A stretch of 63,572 nt of DNA, filler included, from Octopus bimaculoides (Eukaryota): NCBI RefSeq assembly GCF_001194135.2. It is 7 parts of 5 records of this genome, joined end to end, with 100 filler letters (N's around TTAATTAATTAA, not from the genome) between each part and the next. Parts side by side here need not be neighbours in the genome. Positions count along the whole stretch, not along the records: positions 1 to 29,979 come from NC_068981.1; 6 more parts are not named here. One strand, given 5' to 3'. How positions within the stretch are numbered: the first letter of the stretch is position 1; every line of letters begins with the position of its first letter. Made by a program: the position numbers and the translations under genes. This document shows positions 13,535 through 28,074 of the stretch, one piece after another. The notes beneath the pieces were generated by a model. That model saw only the letters and a program-made list of their open reading frames with translations. It was not told where the DNA came from and ran no database searches.

Positions 13535-14194
13535 GTAGTAGTAGTAGTAGTAGTAGTAGCAGCAGTAATAGTAGTATGCCTGCTGATTTCGTTTTTTCTT
13601 TTTGTTTTGTTCAATGCTTGTTGCGCGATCACATTTGGCAGAAGGAGGTGCAAGAAGATTGATGTGAGTTAATTTATAAATATGAAACATTGATTGTTTT
13701 TTTTTCAATTGTAAGGTTGGATTCGTATCAGTGGTGGCAGTGAGGATTGTTGTCTGTGATATAATAGTAAGTGTTGGTGATATTGTTTAGACGGAGGACA
13801 ACTGCGATTAATTAAAACTATAAGCAAACTCAGTCCATCCATGACCATCCCACCAGTTAAGGAAACATAATGCATCCCGAACGACATTACCCAATGTGTC
13901 TTTTTTTAAGACGATAGGCTGTAGTTTGAAGGAGACTGGCTGCAATCTCTATTACGTTGAACGATCAGATGGAGGCGTCTCTTCTATTTGTCTGGTTAGT
14001 AGTCTGCAATCAGAGTAGTGGTTTGTAGAATGTGATTATTCTAATATGAACTAGATAGATATAGTGATGATAATGATGTAGATAACTACAACGATGATGA
14101 TGTCAGTCATGTTGATGATGTTCACAACGGTAATGTCGTCAATAAAGCCTAAGAACCCGATTGCAACAGCATCTTGTTAACATTATTTCTCCCA

Positions 14195-14432
14195 TTCAAG
14201 TGAGATAAATATTGGTTTCAAAATTTTGGCACAAGGCCAGTAATTTCGGGGAAAGGGGGAAAGTCGATTACATCGACCCCAGTGTTCAACAGGTACTTAT
14301 TTTATCGACTACGAAAGGATGAAAGGCAAAGTCTACTCCGGCGGCCATTTGAATTAAGAAATGTCGGAAGAAATTCGCAAGGCAATTTATCCCAGCGCCA
14401 TAACGATTCTGCCAGCTCGTCGCTTTCAGCTG
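14195..14432 (-). mobile_element. SINE family B
   Basis: Reverse complement of the head ggcgagctggcagaatcgtta and the core. Confidence 0.8.
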
Positions 14433-15579
14433 AGATAAATATTAAGAACACGTCAAGTCAAGAATAGCTGCAACATCAGTAACCTCATTAGCTCCAAAAA
14501 CTGTGCTGGAATGCACACTCCCAAAAAATATTTGCAAAAGAACAGTAACTGGCATTCTCAGACTGAGTCAAGCTTGCCTACCATGCTACTGCAAGCAACA
14601 GAATCTAGGATTGTAAATGGCAAAGAAATTGTTTGCTAAGTAGTTGTAGTGGGTAGTTTACGTGTAAGGATATATTGTCGGTTTGGAAAAGGCTGTGTTT
14701 TGGTGGGTTTAGGATGTAAGGACAGTATATTATCACTTCGAAAACCAAAGTGTGAATTGACATCTTTACTACTGACAGTGTTTATGAATGTTAAAGAGCT
14801 GCAGCTGGGGACAGGGAGTAATTTTGGGGATTACTTTTTGAGTATAAGGGTGATATATACTTATTAAATTGGTATGCTTTATGTTTGTTTTTCAGAAAGT
14901 TTATTAACATTTCTTGTCTATTGTCGTTCTTTGTTAGTCTGCGGATGTTATTTGTAGTATCAATGTATTGACTGAAAGTCTTTTTTCTCATATATGTTGT
15001 AGGGCCATTCCGCTGTAAAATGGTCTGAACTGAGTTGAGCACAACTTTTGGTGGTAATTGATCAGTGTTGCAGTTATAAAAACGTTATCTAAGTTATTCC
15101 TACATGAATATCACAGTTGCAATAATAATAGCTTTCAGTACCGTAAACGTGTTTCCAATACTGTTAGTGTTGCATCGCAGAATTCCCTGAGGACTATGTT
15201 ATAGATTATAGAATATAGATTACAAATGAATTCTAATTATTATTTGGTAGTTTTTCTATGTATTTTGAAAACTTTGTGTTGCACTTTTGTAAGGATTTTA
15301 AGGTTCTTTGTGTGTTTTCGTTTTTGTTATTCTCTGATACCATTCACATGTCCTGACAAGGAAATTTCTATGCCTGGAATTCATGGTTTGACCAGCATTC
15401 TAGATGCAAGTACAATTTTCTGTTATAGAATATTCAATATTAATTTATCCCAGTAAAAAAAAAAAAAAAGGATAAAGTAATGATGAAAATAATAGTCCAT
15501 AAAATGCAGTAGAGTACTACCCTTTTAGTACAGCAAGTAATTCAGGATGATTTAGTTAACATTTTTGGCGCCTCACGTG

Positions 15580-15890
15580 ATTACGTAGAGACTCCCTCTC
15601 TGGTCCAAGCAGTGAATCTTCTTTAATCGGACAGAGAAAACATTTTTCCTTTGTCTGGTGGCTATAACGAAAGAAGTCGGGTGGTGTATAAGGCTGCCAG
15701 GTATGAGCGAAGAGAGTTTCCTTTTTGGAGTGTCCTCATCGACTTTTCAAGTTTTACTTAAAATGAAAAGTGATGGTGGAGAAGGAGGATGCAGTCCTCG
15801 AGGGACTTTTTGAAAGTGGGGTGAAAGTGGTGAAAATGGCAAGAGTGCGTGGCACCGTTCTAAGTGAAAACCTGTAAGTCAGAGAACAAA
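15580..15890 (+). mobile_element. 3' ORF2 fragment of a related L1/Tx1-like element
   Basis: Nucleotide similarity to 12985-13225 (ttcctttgtctggtggctataacgaaagaag vs ttcctctgtctggtggttatagcgaaagag; gacttttcaagtt). Confidence 0.6.
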
Positions 15891-16177
15891 ATTTAGAGAC
15901 AGCACTTACCCTTAGTGCTTAAGATCTTAGGTTTTCGGATAAATCGATTAGCCTAGAAGTCCTATAACATGAGGGTTGCGTCATCATCGCTTTTCTTATG
16001 CTGTGTACTGTGTATACTAGCATTAATTACATTTTGTTAATTCTGTATGCTAAGTACATATATATTTTAAATCATTCCGTTCTATGTAAATCTTTACATG
16101 TTACGACTGCCGTTGTATTGTTCCTTCATCGGCGACAAATAAAAGAAACCACTTTTGTTATGATCATCATTATTATT

Positions 16178-16476
16178 AAGCGAGCTGGCAGAAACGTTAG
16201 CACGCCGGGCGAAATGCTCAGTGGTATTTNNNNNNNNNNTTGTCCCCTCTGTGTGTAGCCCCTTGTGGGCAGTAAAGAAATAAAGAAACGTTAGCACGCG
16301 GGACGAAATGCTTAGCAGTATTTCGTATGTCTTCACATTCTGAGTTCAAATTCCGCCAAGGGTGACCTTTCATTCTTTTGGGGTCGATAAATTAAGTACC
16401 AGTGAAACACTGGGGTCGATGTAATCGATTAGACCCCTCCCCCCAAATTTCAGGCCTTGTGCTTTTAGTAGAAAGG

Positions 16477-16480
<4 letters not shown>
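16178..16480 (+). mobile_element. Two tandem SINE family B copies with different 3' tails
   Basis: First copy is gap-interrupted and ends ccccttgtgggcagtaaagaaat; second ends caggccttgtgcttttagtagaaagg(att)n. Confidence 0.8.
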
Positions 16481-16537
<57 letters not shown>

Positions 16538-17176
16538 CGTCAATAGTGTTACTAGTAATAGTCGTCATGGTAGTGGCGGTAATTGGTGGCGGAGGTGATG
16601 GCGATTGCATCAGTAATGACAGCATTGCTGTGCTGCTACTGCTGCTGCTGCTGCTGACAATTATGATGATGAGGAGGAGGAAGAAGAAGAAGACGTGGAG
16701 AAGGACGACGTCGATGAGAATGATGTTCATGATGATGAAGGATAAAGATATAGACGAAACGGATATTGAAAATGTATTGGTAGTCATTCAATTAACTATC
16801 CAATTATGATTTCTTTACACAGACTGTCTGTCTCTCTGCCAGCCTACTTCTTTCTCAATCACTCTCTCTCCTTCACTCACTTTTCTCTCTTTATCCCCCC
16901 ACCCATACTTTATTTTCTCTCCGTATCTACCTTTGCGTCTGTCTCGTTAGCCTTGTTATTAAATTGTAACAACGTTAATGATATATACAGATGCACGCAC
17001 GGTGAAAAGCTTGCTCAAGCATGCTTCTCACTGATGCATTCAGCATAATGACCAGGATCGAAGAGGAAAATGAAGTTTGAACGTTTTTCTTGGACATTTA
17101 TTAAACGTTTAATATACCCGGTGCTGACAACACCTAAAAACACACGCACGCGCGCACACACACACATATACAAAGA

Positions 17177-17224
<48 letters not shown>

Positions 17225-17602
17225 AATTTATATATACATACATATATACATACACACACAAAACATATATACAAAGAGCTGCACATATATGCATATACAC
17301 ATACATGCATATATATGCGTTATGTCTACATGTATATAATTATAAATGTGTGTATATGTATCTCTCTATACACACAAAGACACTCAAACAAACACACGCG
17401 CAAACACACATGCACACACACACATTCATGAGTATACGACGAGTTTCCGCAGATTTTCTATCCACCAAGTTTCATTCACAAATTATTGGATAATAAGTAG
17501 TTTTGGTACACAACTGTCTATCATTCTATGCAGTAGGATCAAAATGGCATTAGTATGTATTAGCAAACGGAGGTTGTATGTTCTGAGACTTATAGTCATG
17601 CA

Positions 17603-17680
<78 letters not shown>

Positions 17681-17681
<1 letters not shown>

Positions 17682-18112
17682 TTACTTGTTTCAGTAATTA
17701 GACTGGAGTAATGCTGCAGAACTGCCATGAAGAAATTTCAGGTGAATGACTTGGCCCCAATACTTATTCATCTTTAACTCTAGTACTTATTCTATCGATA
17801 TCTTTGGCGAACTGCTAAGTTACGGGGACGTAAACACAACATCACAGGTTGTCAAGCGATTGTAGGGGACAGACACAGACACAAAGACATAAAGACACGC
17901 ACACACACACACACACATACATGCGCACACTCACCTCCCCACACACAAATATTTGATGGGCTTCTTTCAGTTTCCAGTTACCAAATGCACTCACAAGGCT
18001 TTGGACGAGCTTAAGTTATTGCAGAAGACACCTGCCCAAGGTACCACGCAGTGGGACTAAATCTGAAAAAAAAACAAACATGTGGATGGGAAGCAAGCTT
18101 CTTAACACACAC
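17681..18112 (-). mobile_element. SINE family A
   Basis: Reverse-complement homology to 24707-25087. Confidence 0.8.
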
Positions 18113-21100
18113 TCACTCCTGCCCTTATATAAAATACTTTTAATATGAGAAAACGGAACGTGCGGGCTTTAATATTAATGGCTATGACTTTTTAGCGCAT
18201 CATTTTCGGTTGGTAATTGCTGAATGTTACGTATGTAATATACACATTAATATGATCCAACAATTATTGCATACATGTGCGTCTTCAGGTGATTAGGGTA
18301 CAAAGCACTGCTAGATCATCTTTGATTTCTTTGTTTTATACCTGTACGAAATTGTTATCTTTAGCACTCTATTGACAAAGAAGAACGCAGAAATGAAAAT
18401 ATGTACAAACGAGAAAAATACCAAAAGAAAATTGATTAGACTGAAAAAATAAAAAAATAAAAACCCGTATTCACTCCGTTCTTAACCAGAAGCTTGTCTC
18501 GACTTTTAGGAAAATAAATGAACCTTCCAAGATAATGATATAAAATGATAAACTTTAACAATTACTTGTCCCTGTGTCTGTTACTGGTTCAGGTCAAAGT
18601 AAAACATATGGTCACTTCTTTAACACAGCAGCGGACCACATCCTGTCAATTTTGGCTATATACTATAAATTGTCGCTTGTTTTATCCCAGTTGCTTTACA
18701 AGTCATTAAGAGAGACTAATAAACTAACAAAAGTTACCTTCACGATCCTTTACACAGACATATGCACTTATTCAACACTGATGTACCTAGATCATATATC
18801 TATGCAAATATCTATCTAAGCATACTCCCATATTTCTCACTTTCATTAATATGTATCTTTACACGCTACTTTACTTAGAAACTTCCAACTCTGCTCATAT
18901 ATTGAAACTTTCTTATATTTATATCTATTCATTTTGAATTTTGAGCTTATACTCAAAAGAGAAATATAATGCTATGGGGTAACCTCGTTACGCTTGTTCT
19001 TCCCGACCTAGTTGGTTCTATATATTGTGATGTGTCAATTCACGTATAATGATGCCACTACGGAAATACATACAATATTCATTCTATACCGTAGGACTTC
19101 CAAATACAAATATATATCAGTACTTTATGGTAAATACATCTATAAACAGTTGTTTTACTTTTAACCTAATAATTTTACACACATGCACATTATTATGAAA
19201 TTACATAATTTAGATAGACAACAATATAATGATACTAATAATGGTAATAAAACACCTCATTAATTCGATGCAACAATGCTTTTAGTGAACAGACACACAG
19301 ACACACAGACGCTCACACACACACATGCACACACGCACACTCACACACGCACTCTTTCTCCGACTCTCTCAGAAACATACATACATGCATGCATGTGTGT
19401 GTGTGTGTGTGTAAAAGAAGAAAAAGAAAATGGAGATTTAGAAGTTAATAATTATTTATTATTAACATCAAATTAATCATCACCCCTTACAGCTGTTTCA
19501 ATTAATACTCATATGTGTATACGCACACACACACTCATAAATATATACGCACACCCACACACACTCACACATATACGTGCGTGTGCGTGTGAGTGTGTGT
19601 GTGTGTGTATGTATTTATATACACATGAAACTTTTAAAACAGCTGTATAGGATTAAAAAAAAAAAAATTGGCTGTTATTTCCAGCAGTTCCAACAACCGC
19701 ATCAAGAGACACCCATTTTATCAACTTCTCTCAAGCGTTTTCATCTTAACTTAACCGGGTGAAATATGAATACAAATACCTGCTGATTGTTATTCATAAT
19801 CAATGAGCGATACTTCGGAAAACAAAAACAAGGGTTTGGTATCGGTTATAGTATTTAATTTCTAAACAAAAGGCAAGACGACTGATTTCGATTATTTTCC
19901 ATTTGAAAGTCACCAGCAAAGACAAATTAATAAATAAACGCAGATTTTTCACCTGTTGTCACACAGTATGTCCAAAAGGATGAGGTGTCGCCTTAGTTTT
20001 TGTACTTAATACGAATACCCACAGAGAGCTTTAATATTAAAGAGGAATTAAAAATCTTATTAATAAATGAAACCTGCGAATTTTAGGATCATGTCACTTT
20101 TATTTATTGAATAATGCGCACAAATATACACATGCATAAAGACACTCATATACGTGTGAGTTTGCCTGTCGATATATGTGTGTACGCATCTGGTCGCGCA
20201 TGAGATCTACTAGAAAGATGTAATACATTACACCCTATTGCATCGTCGAGTAGTCAGAGACTAAACTGGCACACCCACCAGGTTAACCNNNNNNNNNNNN
20301 NNNNNNNNNNNNNNNNNNNNNNNNNNNNNNNNNNNNNNNNNNNNNNNNNNNNNNNNNNNNNNNNNNNNNNNNNNNNNNNNNNNNNNNNNNNNNNNNNNNN
20401 NNNNNNNNNNNNNNNNNNNNNNNNNNNNNNNNNNNNNNNNNNNNNNNNNNNNNNNNNNNNNNNNNNNNNNNNNNNNNNNNNNNNNNNNNNNNNNNNNNNN
20501 NNNNNNNNNNNNNNNNNNNNNNNNNNNNNNNNNNNNNNNNNNNNNNNNNNNNNNNNNNNNNNNNNNNNNNNNNNNNNNNNNNNNNNNNNNNNNNNNNNNN
20601 NNNNNNNNNNNNNNNNNNNNNNNNNNNNNNNNNNNNNNNNNNNNNNNNNNNNNNNNNNNNNNNNNNNNNNNNNNNNNNNNNNNNNNNNNNNNNNNNNNNN
20701 NNNNNNNNNNNNNNNNNNNNNNNNNNNNNNNNNNNNNNNNNNNNNNNNNNNNNNNNNNNNNNNNNNNNNNNNNNNNNNNNNNNNNNNNNNNNTATTGCAT
20801 CGTCGAGTAGTCAGAGACTAAACTGGCACACCCACCAGGTTAACCCAGTAAGGAGAATCGCTCGATATCCAGCACAACAGAAACAACACCTGGCAAACGG
20901 ACTGGTTATTAACTATTTAACAATAGCTTGGGGGCTTGCAGATTCCAAGTCGGTGTCTGGTGCTTTTAAGATCACTAGGTATGAGGCACCTCTAAATTTT
21001 CTCTAAGAGAAAATTATTCACACCAGGTATTTTGCATCACTTTGCTTTTGGATCGTGCCAATACAGTTAGAGAAGCACTATGAGATGCTGTGCAAGTATT

Positions 21101-24100
21101 AGCGGATCTAAATTTCTCTGCACGGCTATAGCAGAATTTTAAGTGTTACCATGGATAACTGATAATTAGAAGCACATGGTGACCAACCAGTATGTACGCA
21201 ATCTACGTTAAACAATATATATANNNNNNNNNNNNNNNNNNNNNNNNNNNNNNNNNNNNNNNNNNNNNNNNNNNNNNNNNNNNNNNNNNNNNNNNNNNNN
21301 NNNNNNNNNNNNNNNNNNNNNNNNNNNNNNNNNNNNNNNNNNNNNNNNNNNNNNNNNNNNNNNNNNNNNNNNNNNNNNNNNNNNNNNNNNNNNNNNNNNN
21401 NNNNNNNNNNNNNNNNNNNNNNNNNNNNNNNNNNNNNNNNNNNNNNNNNNNNNNNNNNNNNNNNNNNNNNNNNNNNNNNNNNNNNNNNNNNNNNNNNNNN
21501 NNNNNNNNNNNNNNNNNNNNNNNAGCACATGGTGACCAACCAGTATGTACGCAATCTACGTTAAACAATATATATATCTTACTTGTCGAAAATAGCGATG
21601 AAATTCAAATTTTGCGTGGATATCTCCAGCATTTCATGAGAAGTGCTCACCCAGGAACCGGAAAGATCTAGGAAAAGATGACCTAAAAGTTGCCTGCCTT
21701 TTTCTGTTAGACCAGTTTAACGCATCTGCTGTGGCAAAAAAAAAAAGTCATAGATATAAAAGTATTTGATATTGCGACGGCTGTAGCTAGAAAACAAGTG
21801 TAAATGTGAGCCTGAAAGATATAATGTAAATAATGCAGTAGTTTCAATGATTGAACTGGAAGACGATGTTCAGCTTGATGAAACTAGAAATGGAAATCGA
21901 AAGAGGAAAGCAGAGAAACCGGTGATAGCTTTTCAGTCAGTTCTGAAAACTTAATAAATAAGAAGAGAATCCTATTCCTCTAAACGGACGATTAGTAACT
22001 GCGTATGCATATCGGATATATTCCTTTGCTTTGTGTCTATGTTGCTATCCTTTCTATTTTCACAGAGTTGCATTTATAAATATACTCAAGTCAGAAAAAA
22101 TGATTTTACTAGGGGACTTCGATACTAGGCTCAAAACGGGTTGGCAGGCGTAGAGTTTTGTTGGACATGATTAGTACGGGAAAATTGAGTAGATATGGAT
22201 TAATGCTTCTAAAATATGATCATACCACAAAGCTCAGTCCAAAGTATAAAGCTTGAGAATTTACTGTGCAATCACGATCTATCATATTTGTAATATTGTA
22301 TTTGTTGACATTAAAGATACTGGTATATTAAATGCACCCCTATTTCAGTAGTCCATATTTAGGAAGAAGTGAAAATCAGGGAGAAAATTAGGTTATGGGA
22401 AGCTTAAATTCGCATACTGTACGCAGGGTTACTTCATGAGAGGTCTTTTGGGAGAAAAACTACCTCTTATACACAATTAAATACGTTAAGTAGTGGACGG
22501 ATTATTGCTTTGTTTGTGGAAAATCGTGGATGATAATACTTGCGCGAGAAATAAGTGGGACTATTAAGATCTTTCGTGTTTGAATGCTCATTTGATGAAA
22601 ATGATATTGAGGTCAAGATTCTTTTGTAAGCAAAGCGCATTGCTCATAGTATATTGCTGTGTAGTAGTTTATCGGTTGATCAAGGGAGTAATGACTATGA
22701 AATTTTAACTGCAGTGATCACTCAGGCTGATGGAGACACATGTTAAAGAGGTCTTGTGCGTAACATCAAAGCTGCCGGTGAAGGTAATAACTGCAAGTAA
22801 GTACTATCATTTAACGGGGGAAGCTTATTAGTCCAAAAGTTCGGCATCGGTTCGTTTGTTCTCCGATAATCCCCCTATTCAATTCACTAGCAGCATTCCA
22901 CTGGATTGAGCACATTTCTGAACTGCCAAACAGGGAATCTGCGCAGCGAGGTATGTATATGTTGGTACAGGAAGAATGCTTACCATTAGACAAAAGTCTA
23001 TGGTCACTTCCAAGAAAATTTAACCTCACGAGATGAAGCTACGGAGGAAATATATAAATTAAGTTTGGTAAGTCGACTGATAAAGATGAGACCTGCGCTT
23101 TAGTGGAAATGGTATCATACAGAAGTTTCATGAACTCACTTGTGCAAGCTGGAGCAACGGTGCTCTCCGCAAAATGTGCAAAGGTGCAATTATGATATCA
23201 GAAGAAAATGTAAATGTGGAAGTTAAAGAATAACTTTACCGTTAGACCTGAAAATTCTGGTATATATTCAGTTACCAGTTCTCGTACAGGAAGAATTGAT
23301 GTAATTTTTCACAGCAACACAGAAACAGGAGGTTATGCTAACAAAAATAACAAGTCTACCAATGTAAAAAAATAACTCTTCAGTCTTGGTTTTCCAGATC
23401 ATTTTGTATCGATAATTAAATCATATTCTGATGTCTGTAGGAACATGTAAAACCCATTCCAGTAGAATAGTGTGTCAAACACAATGACATCTCGCCCCAA
23501 GGCTGTTGTATTTTGTTGTTCCTCTCACTAACATTTTTACTACCGGTCACACACACACACACATACACACACACACACACATACACACACACACACACAC
23601 ACACATGTATTCACAAATATTTTTTCTGTATAATATCAGTTGAAATTGGACTACTTTCATATATTATACGAGATGCGGGTATAGTGTTCTACGTGTTTTT
23701 TATATCCTGGCACAACGATCACTTTCACCTCAGTTGGTATTGATAAAGTTCTGAGATCGAAACCTACCAGTTGGTAAATTGTAACTGTGTATACTTTTTA
23801 AGAACCTCGCATAGCAATCATTATCTCAGATTTAAACGCGGCTTCGCTGGTAACGAAAGTAGGTAGTCGAAATTTGTGGAAGGGCGCGTTATGTTCTTTT
23901 CCTATAATTGAGAGGATCCGCTTTCTCAGAGACGCTTCGCCTCAGATCTTGATTCAGGCTTACCTTAATGGTACCACTGTGTACAGTTGTATCAACCAAT
24001 TGTATTAGAATTCAATTGAATAATTAGGTTTGTTGATCGATCTTCTGTTACACTCAACATGAAAACCAACAAAAAATTCATTTACTTGCTATTTAACAGA

Positions 24101-24706
24101 AACAGGAAAAGAGAGATAGAGAGGGGAAGGTAAAGGATAGATAGGGAAAACGATATGGTGAATATGTAAAAGAGAGTAAGGAATAGTAGGCACGAAGACA
24201 AAAATCGGGGCAAATTATATATTCCTAATGAAACAGGTTTCAATAAGTGTAAGTGTTGCATAATTGATATCATAATATACGAAATATGTTATATTAATTT
24301 TAAGCAATTTATCTTAAGTTGACATTGACTACTAAGAATCACGCAGATACACATGAACACACACGCTTTCCCATATGCACACGGACATACAAAGACAGAC
24401 ACGAACGTCTTCGCTGTCACTCCTCCTCTCCTTTACACACACGCACACACACACGCATCTGTGCACACACACACACACAAACACGCGCACAAGCACAAAC
24501 ATGCACACACATACCCCCCCCCCACACACATTCGCAAAAGCACGTTAGCACACAACATGTATGTGTGTATGTAAAGAAATCAGCAAGATTTTCTGTAAAA
24601 AAGTGGGTGACCTCTTCTGTATGTCTATATAAATATAAGGTGTGTGTGTGTTTGTGTGTGTGTGAATTACTTATATATGTACGTATGGGTGTGTGTATAT
24701 ATATAT

Positions 24707-25082
24707 TGTGTGGTAAGTAGCTTGCTTACCAACCACATGGGTCCGGGTTCAGTCTCACTGTGTGGCATCTTGGCAAGTGTCTTCTACTATAGCCTCGGGC
24801 CGACCAAAGCCTTGTGAGTGGATTTGGTAGACGGAAACTGAAAGAAGCCCGTCGTATATATGTATGTATATATATGTGTGTGTGTGTATGTTTGTGTGTC
24901 TGCATTGCTCGACAACCGATACCGGTGTGTTTATGTCCCCGTAACTTAGTGGTTCGGCAAAAGAGACCGATAGAATAAGTACTAGGCTTACAAAGAATAA
25001 ATCCCGGGGTCGATTTGCACGACTAAAGGCGGTGCTCCAGCATGGCCGCAGTCAAATGACTGAAGCAAGTAAAAGTGTAAAA

Positions 25083-25087
<5 letters not shown>
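24707..25087 (+). mobile_element. Full-length SINE, family A (tRNA-derived head, CORE-like block, internal TA/TG microsatellite)
   Basis: Head tgtgtggtaagtagcttgc...gggttcagtc, ttggcaagtgtc block, tail ...gctccagcatggccgcagtc..tgactgaa.caagtaaaag; more than 12 homologous copies in the window. Confidence 0.9.
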
Positions 25088-25153
<66 letters not shown>

Positions 25154-25454
25154 CACACACACACACACACATATATACACTCTCTATGCTCGAGGGTACA
25201 CTTGTGTAAGATGTTCAGGTAGATGCACGTAAATCAGCATGCAAATTAATTTATGAAACCACTGCATTTTCAGTGCCGGGTTTCTCTTGTTTACAGTTTC
25301 CGTCAATTCCATTTCACTCACACGGAAGGGGAAAATCTGCGGTTAGACATAGTGAAATGTGGCTAAGATGCAGCACAGTGGCATAGATCGTGGGTGCTTT
25401 TGTTTCCAAAAGAATGAAATTCTTAAACATTCTTTCATTTATACAAACAAACAA

Positions 25455-25487
<33 letters not shown>

Positions 25488-26499
25488 CATACACACTTCT
25501 CTTGATTGGCAACCCCGCAAAAATTCGTTACATATAAAAAGGTCAAGAAATCTAACTTCAAACCTCTTTTTGTTAAATCCGATAACGGAAGAAAGCGCTA
25601 AAAAGTGTAAATAAAATGTAAATAACAGAATATATATAATGATCCAACATTCTAACTACCTTATTATTTTAATTATACAACGTCTATACAAAACTTCAAA
25701 AACGCCTTCTCTCCCCCCCTCTCTCTCTATATATTTGTATGTATATATATATAATATTCTATAATTATATACGTAATTATAATCAAGGGTCAGCTAAGTG
25801 CCTCACCACGTACTGAATTAGAAATAGACGCTAATGTCTTTTCAACTACCATAAGAATCTCCCAGATACTACCAAACTTTTATATGTAGGTAAAAAGAAA
25901 AATTATGAATCTATAACGACTTAGGTTAACCACATATTTGCCTATTTTTCTCCTCAGTTTGGTACTCCGGGTTATAAATTTGCGAGTGTTAGGATTAAAT
26001 ATGTACGCGATCAAGCGTCATCGCATAACCAATATACAAACGCATGCCCCAAAATATACAGCTGAATGTGATACATATTTATATCTTATACCCACGTGTG
26101 TGTTAAGACCTATCCCGCAGAAAAACTGCAGTTTCGATCATGGAGTAAATTATAATATTAATAATATAGTGTAAAATTAATTAATTAATTAATTAATTAA
26201 TTGAAAATTAACAATTATTAATTTTACCAAGTAGTCAGTACGTTAAGATACCACCGAGTTCGACTTTGTGTATTGTCCATTCACGGTCAAGAAAATAAAG
26301 CACCTGCCAAGTGTAGGTGTCAAGGGCATTGAGTAATCCCTACCTTCAAATTTACTACTCTTGTTCCATACACGTATGTATGTCATGCATTTCGTACGAT
26401 AAGAGTTCATCCCCATTGTCTCTATCAATACGCACTAACTCTAGATCCACTACTGCAGAAATTCGAAGCTAGAGGGACATTCCACGAGAGCTATAATGC

Positions 26500-26740
26500 T
26501 GAAGGCCCGTGTTCACATGTTTGGATAGCATCCCAGTAATATTGTCGGACACCAAAGTGATTGAGGTGATTGGCACTGTTCTAATGGGACGCATGGCAGT
26601 GATGGGGGAAAATTTAACTAAGGGCTCTCAGGTCGATCCTGGCCAGGCAGATTTACGGGGGATATTGCTGGCTAGAGATAAATTTTGCTAGCATGGAGCT
26701 GCCGCCAAAGGCACCTGCCTGAGGTGGACACTGACTAGTA
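26500..26740 (+). mobile_element. Deleted L1/Tx1-like RT fragment
   Basis: VILSDTKVIEVIGT resembles VIVSDSSEIEVIGS, and gctagagataaattttgctagcatgga resembles the LPIRDKLYRHG segment of the 10-13 kb element. Confidence 0.5.
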
Positions 26741-27539
26741 GAGAGAATGCTAAATGCACATCTTGCTCGACCGCACATTCCCCTCAAATTTGCTGGCCTC
26801 GTGCCTAAATAAAAGTACCCCCCACCTACACACATACGCACACACACACACAAGAAAAGTGAGATAAAAATGTCCTGGCAGATACCAATATAACAGTAAT
26901 AAAAAAAATGGTTATGAATATTCAACAATCATATATCAGTAAATGTAATTAGAATACATATCTTAGTTAAATCTTCGTGTATGACACGTAAAGTTCCTGA
27001 CTTTGGTTAAAAGAAAATACAGGAGGATCAGTTAATTATGATTTTATCCAACATACTCCTCTGTTAAATTCACACACTTATATTGGCCGAGTTAATCTTT
27101 TGCTATTCTGAGTTTCATCTGTGTGTTACAACTTGCACGAAGAACCTTTGCACCATTAAGTGAAACTGAGAGCAGCATGGGAATGACTTGACCAAATTAA
27201 AATGGATAACCAGTCTCTGCTATGGTACTGAGTATTTTTTCTCGACAGTTAACATTACAGGGATATATACAAACATATCTATCTATCTATACCTACCTAA
27301 CTAGCTACCCACCCACCTACCTACCTACCTACCTACCTACCTACCTACCTACCTACCTACCTACCTACCTTCTTTCCTACATATATACATACATACATAC
27401 ATGATGGCTGACCCCTCGTTATCGAGTATGGCCATTGCACGAAGCTTAACTTAACGGTGCTGAGATCGAATGTGACTTTTTAGCCCAGCCAAAGATCTAC
27501 AATGTATTGCACAGAGTTGGCACCCAAAACCTCTACTGG

Positions 27540-27770
27540 CAATGGGAATTGCCAATACCCTATGTAAGATACTGTCTATGTAATCTCAAATTTTAAAACA
27601 AACTCAAAATGTTCTTACGTTTTCCTAAATATTCTCTAGAGCAATACTATGTGCAAGACCAAATATATGACACCCTAGGCATAACACCAACTTGAACTTC
27701 TAACTTGTTATCTCTTGAGGTCTCTGGGTCAGACTTGGAATCCACTTGTACAAATACAAAGCAAAAGTAA
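27540..27770 (+). mobile_element. 3' end of an RLE-type non-LTR retrotransposon (copy 1)
   Basis: Similar along its length to 28660-28890 (MGTAHILRKILSM-like end plus 3' UTR ...gaggtctctgggt.agacttgga..cacttgtacaaatac); ends in (TAA)n. Confidence 0.75.
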
Positions 27771-27778
27771 TAATAATG

Positions 27779-27848
<70 letters not shown>

Positions 27849-27850
27849 TG

Positions 27851-27905
<55 letters not shown>

Positions 27906-27999
27906 TTTAATTTATTTGCCACAAGGGCGAAGGATGAGGGAAGACAATACAAAGGCAGACATAAAGTGTGGAGGTTTACATGGAATGATAAAAAAAGAA

Positions 28000-28073
<74 letters not shown>

Positions 28074-28074
<1 letters not shown>

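Noticed and set aside
14480-15050. Possible Penelope RT remnant on the minus strand (NNFF, SFANIF)
   Set aside because: No G.AMG or YxDD motif; similarity too weak to call.
20236-20845. About 53-bp direct repeats on both sides of gaps (20236-20288/20794-20845; also 21170-21223/21524-21575 and 50146-50234/50245-50334)
   Set aside because: Identical sequence flanking N runs indicates unmerged contig overlaps, not LTRs or TSDs.
21600-22480. Possible pogo/Tigger transposase remnant
   Set aside because: Only isolated short resemblances; no TIR pair or DDE frame established.
26178-26203. (TAAT)n resembling the assembly spacer
   Set aside because: Not flanked by Ns; ordinary tetranucleotide microsatellite.
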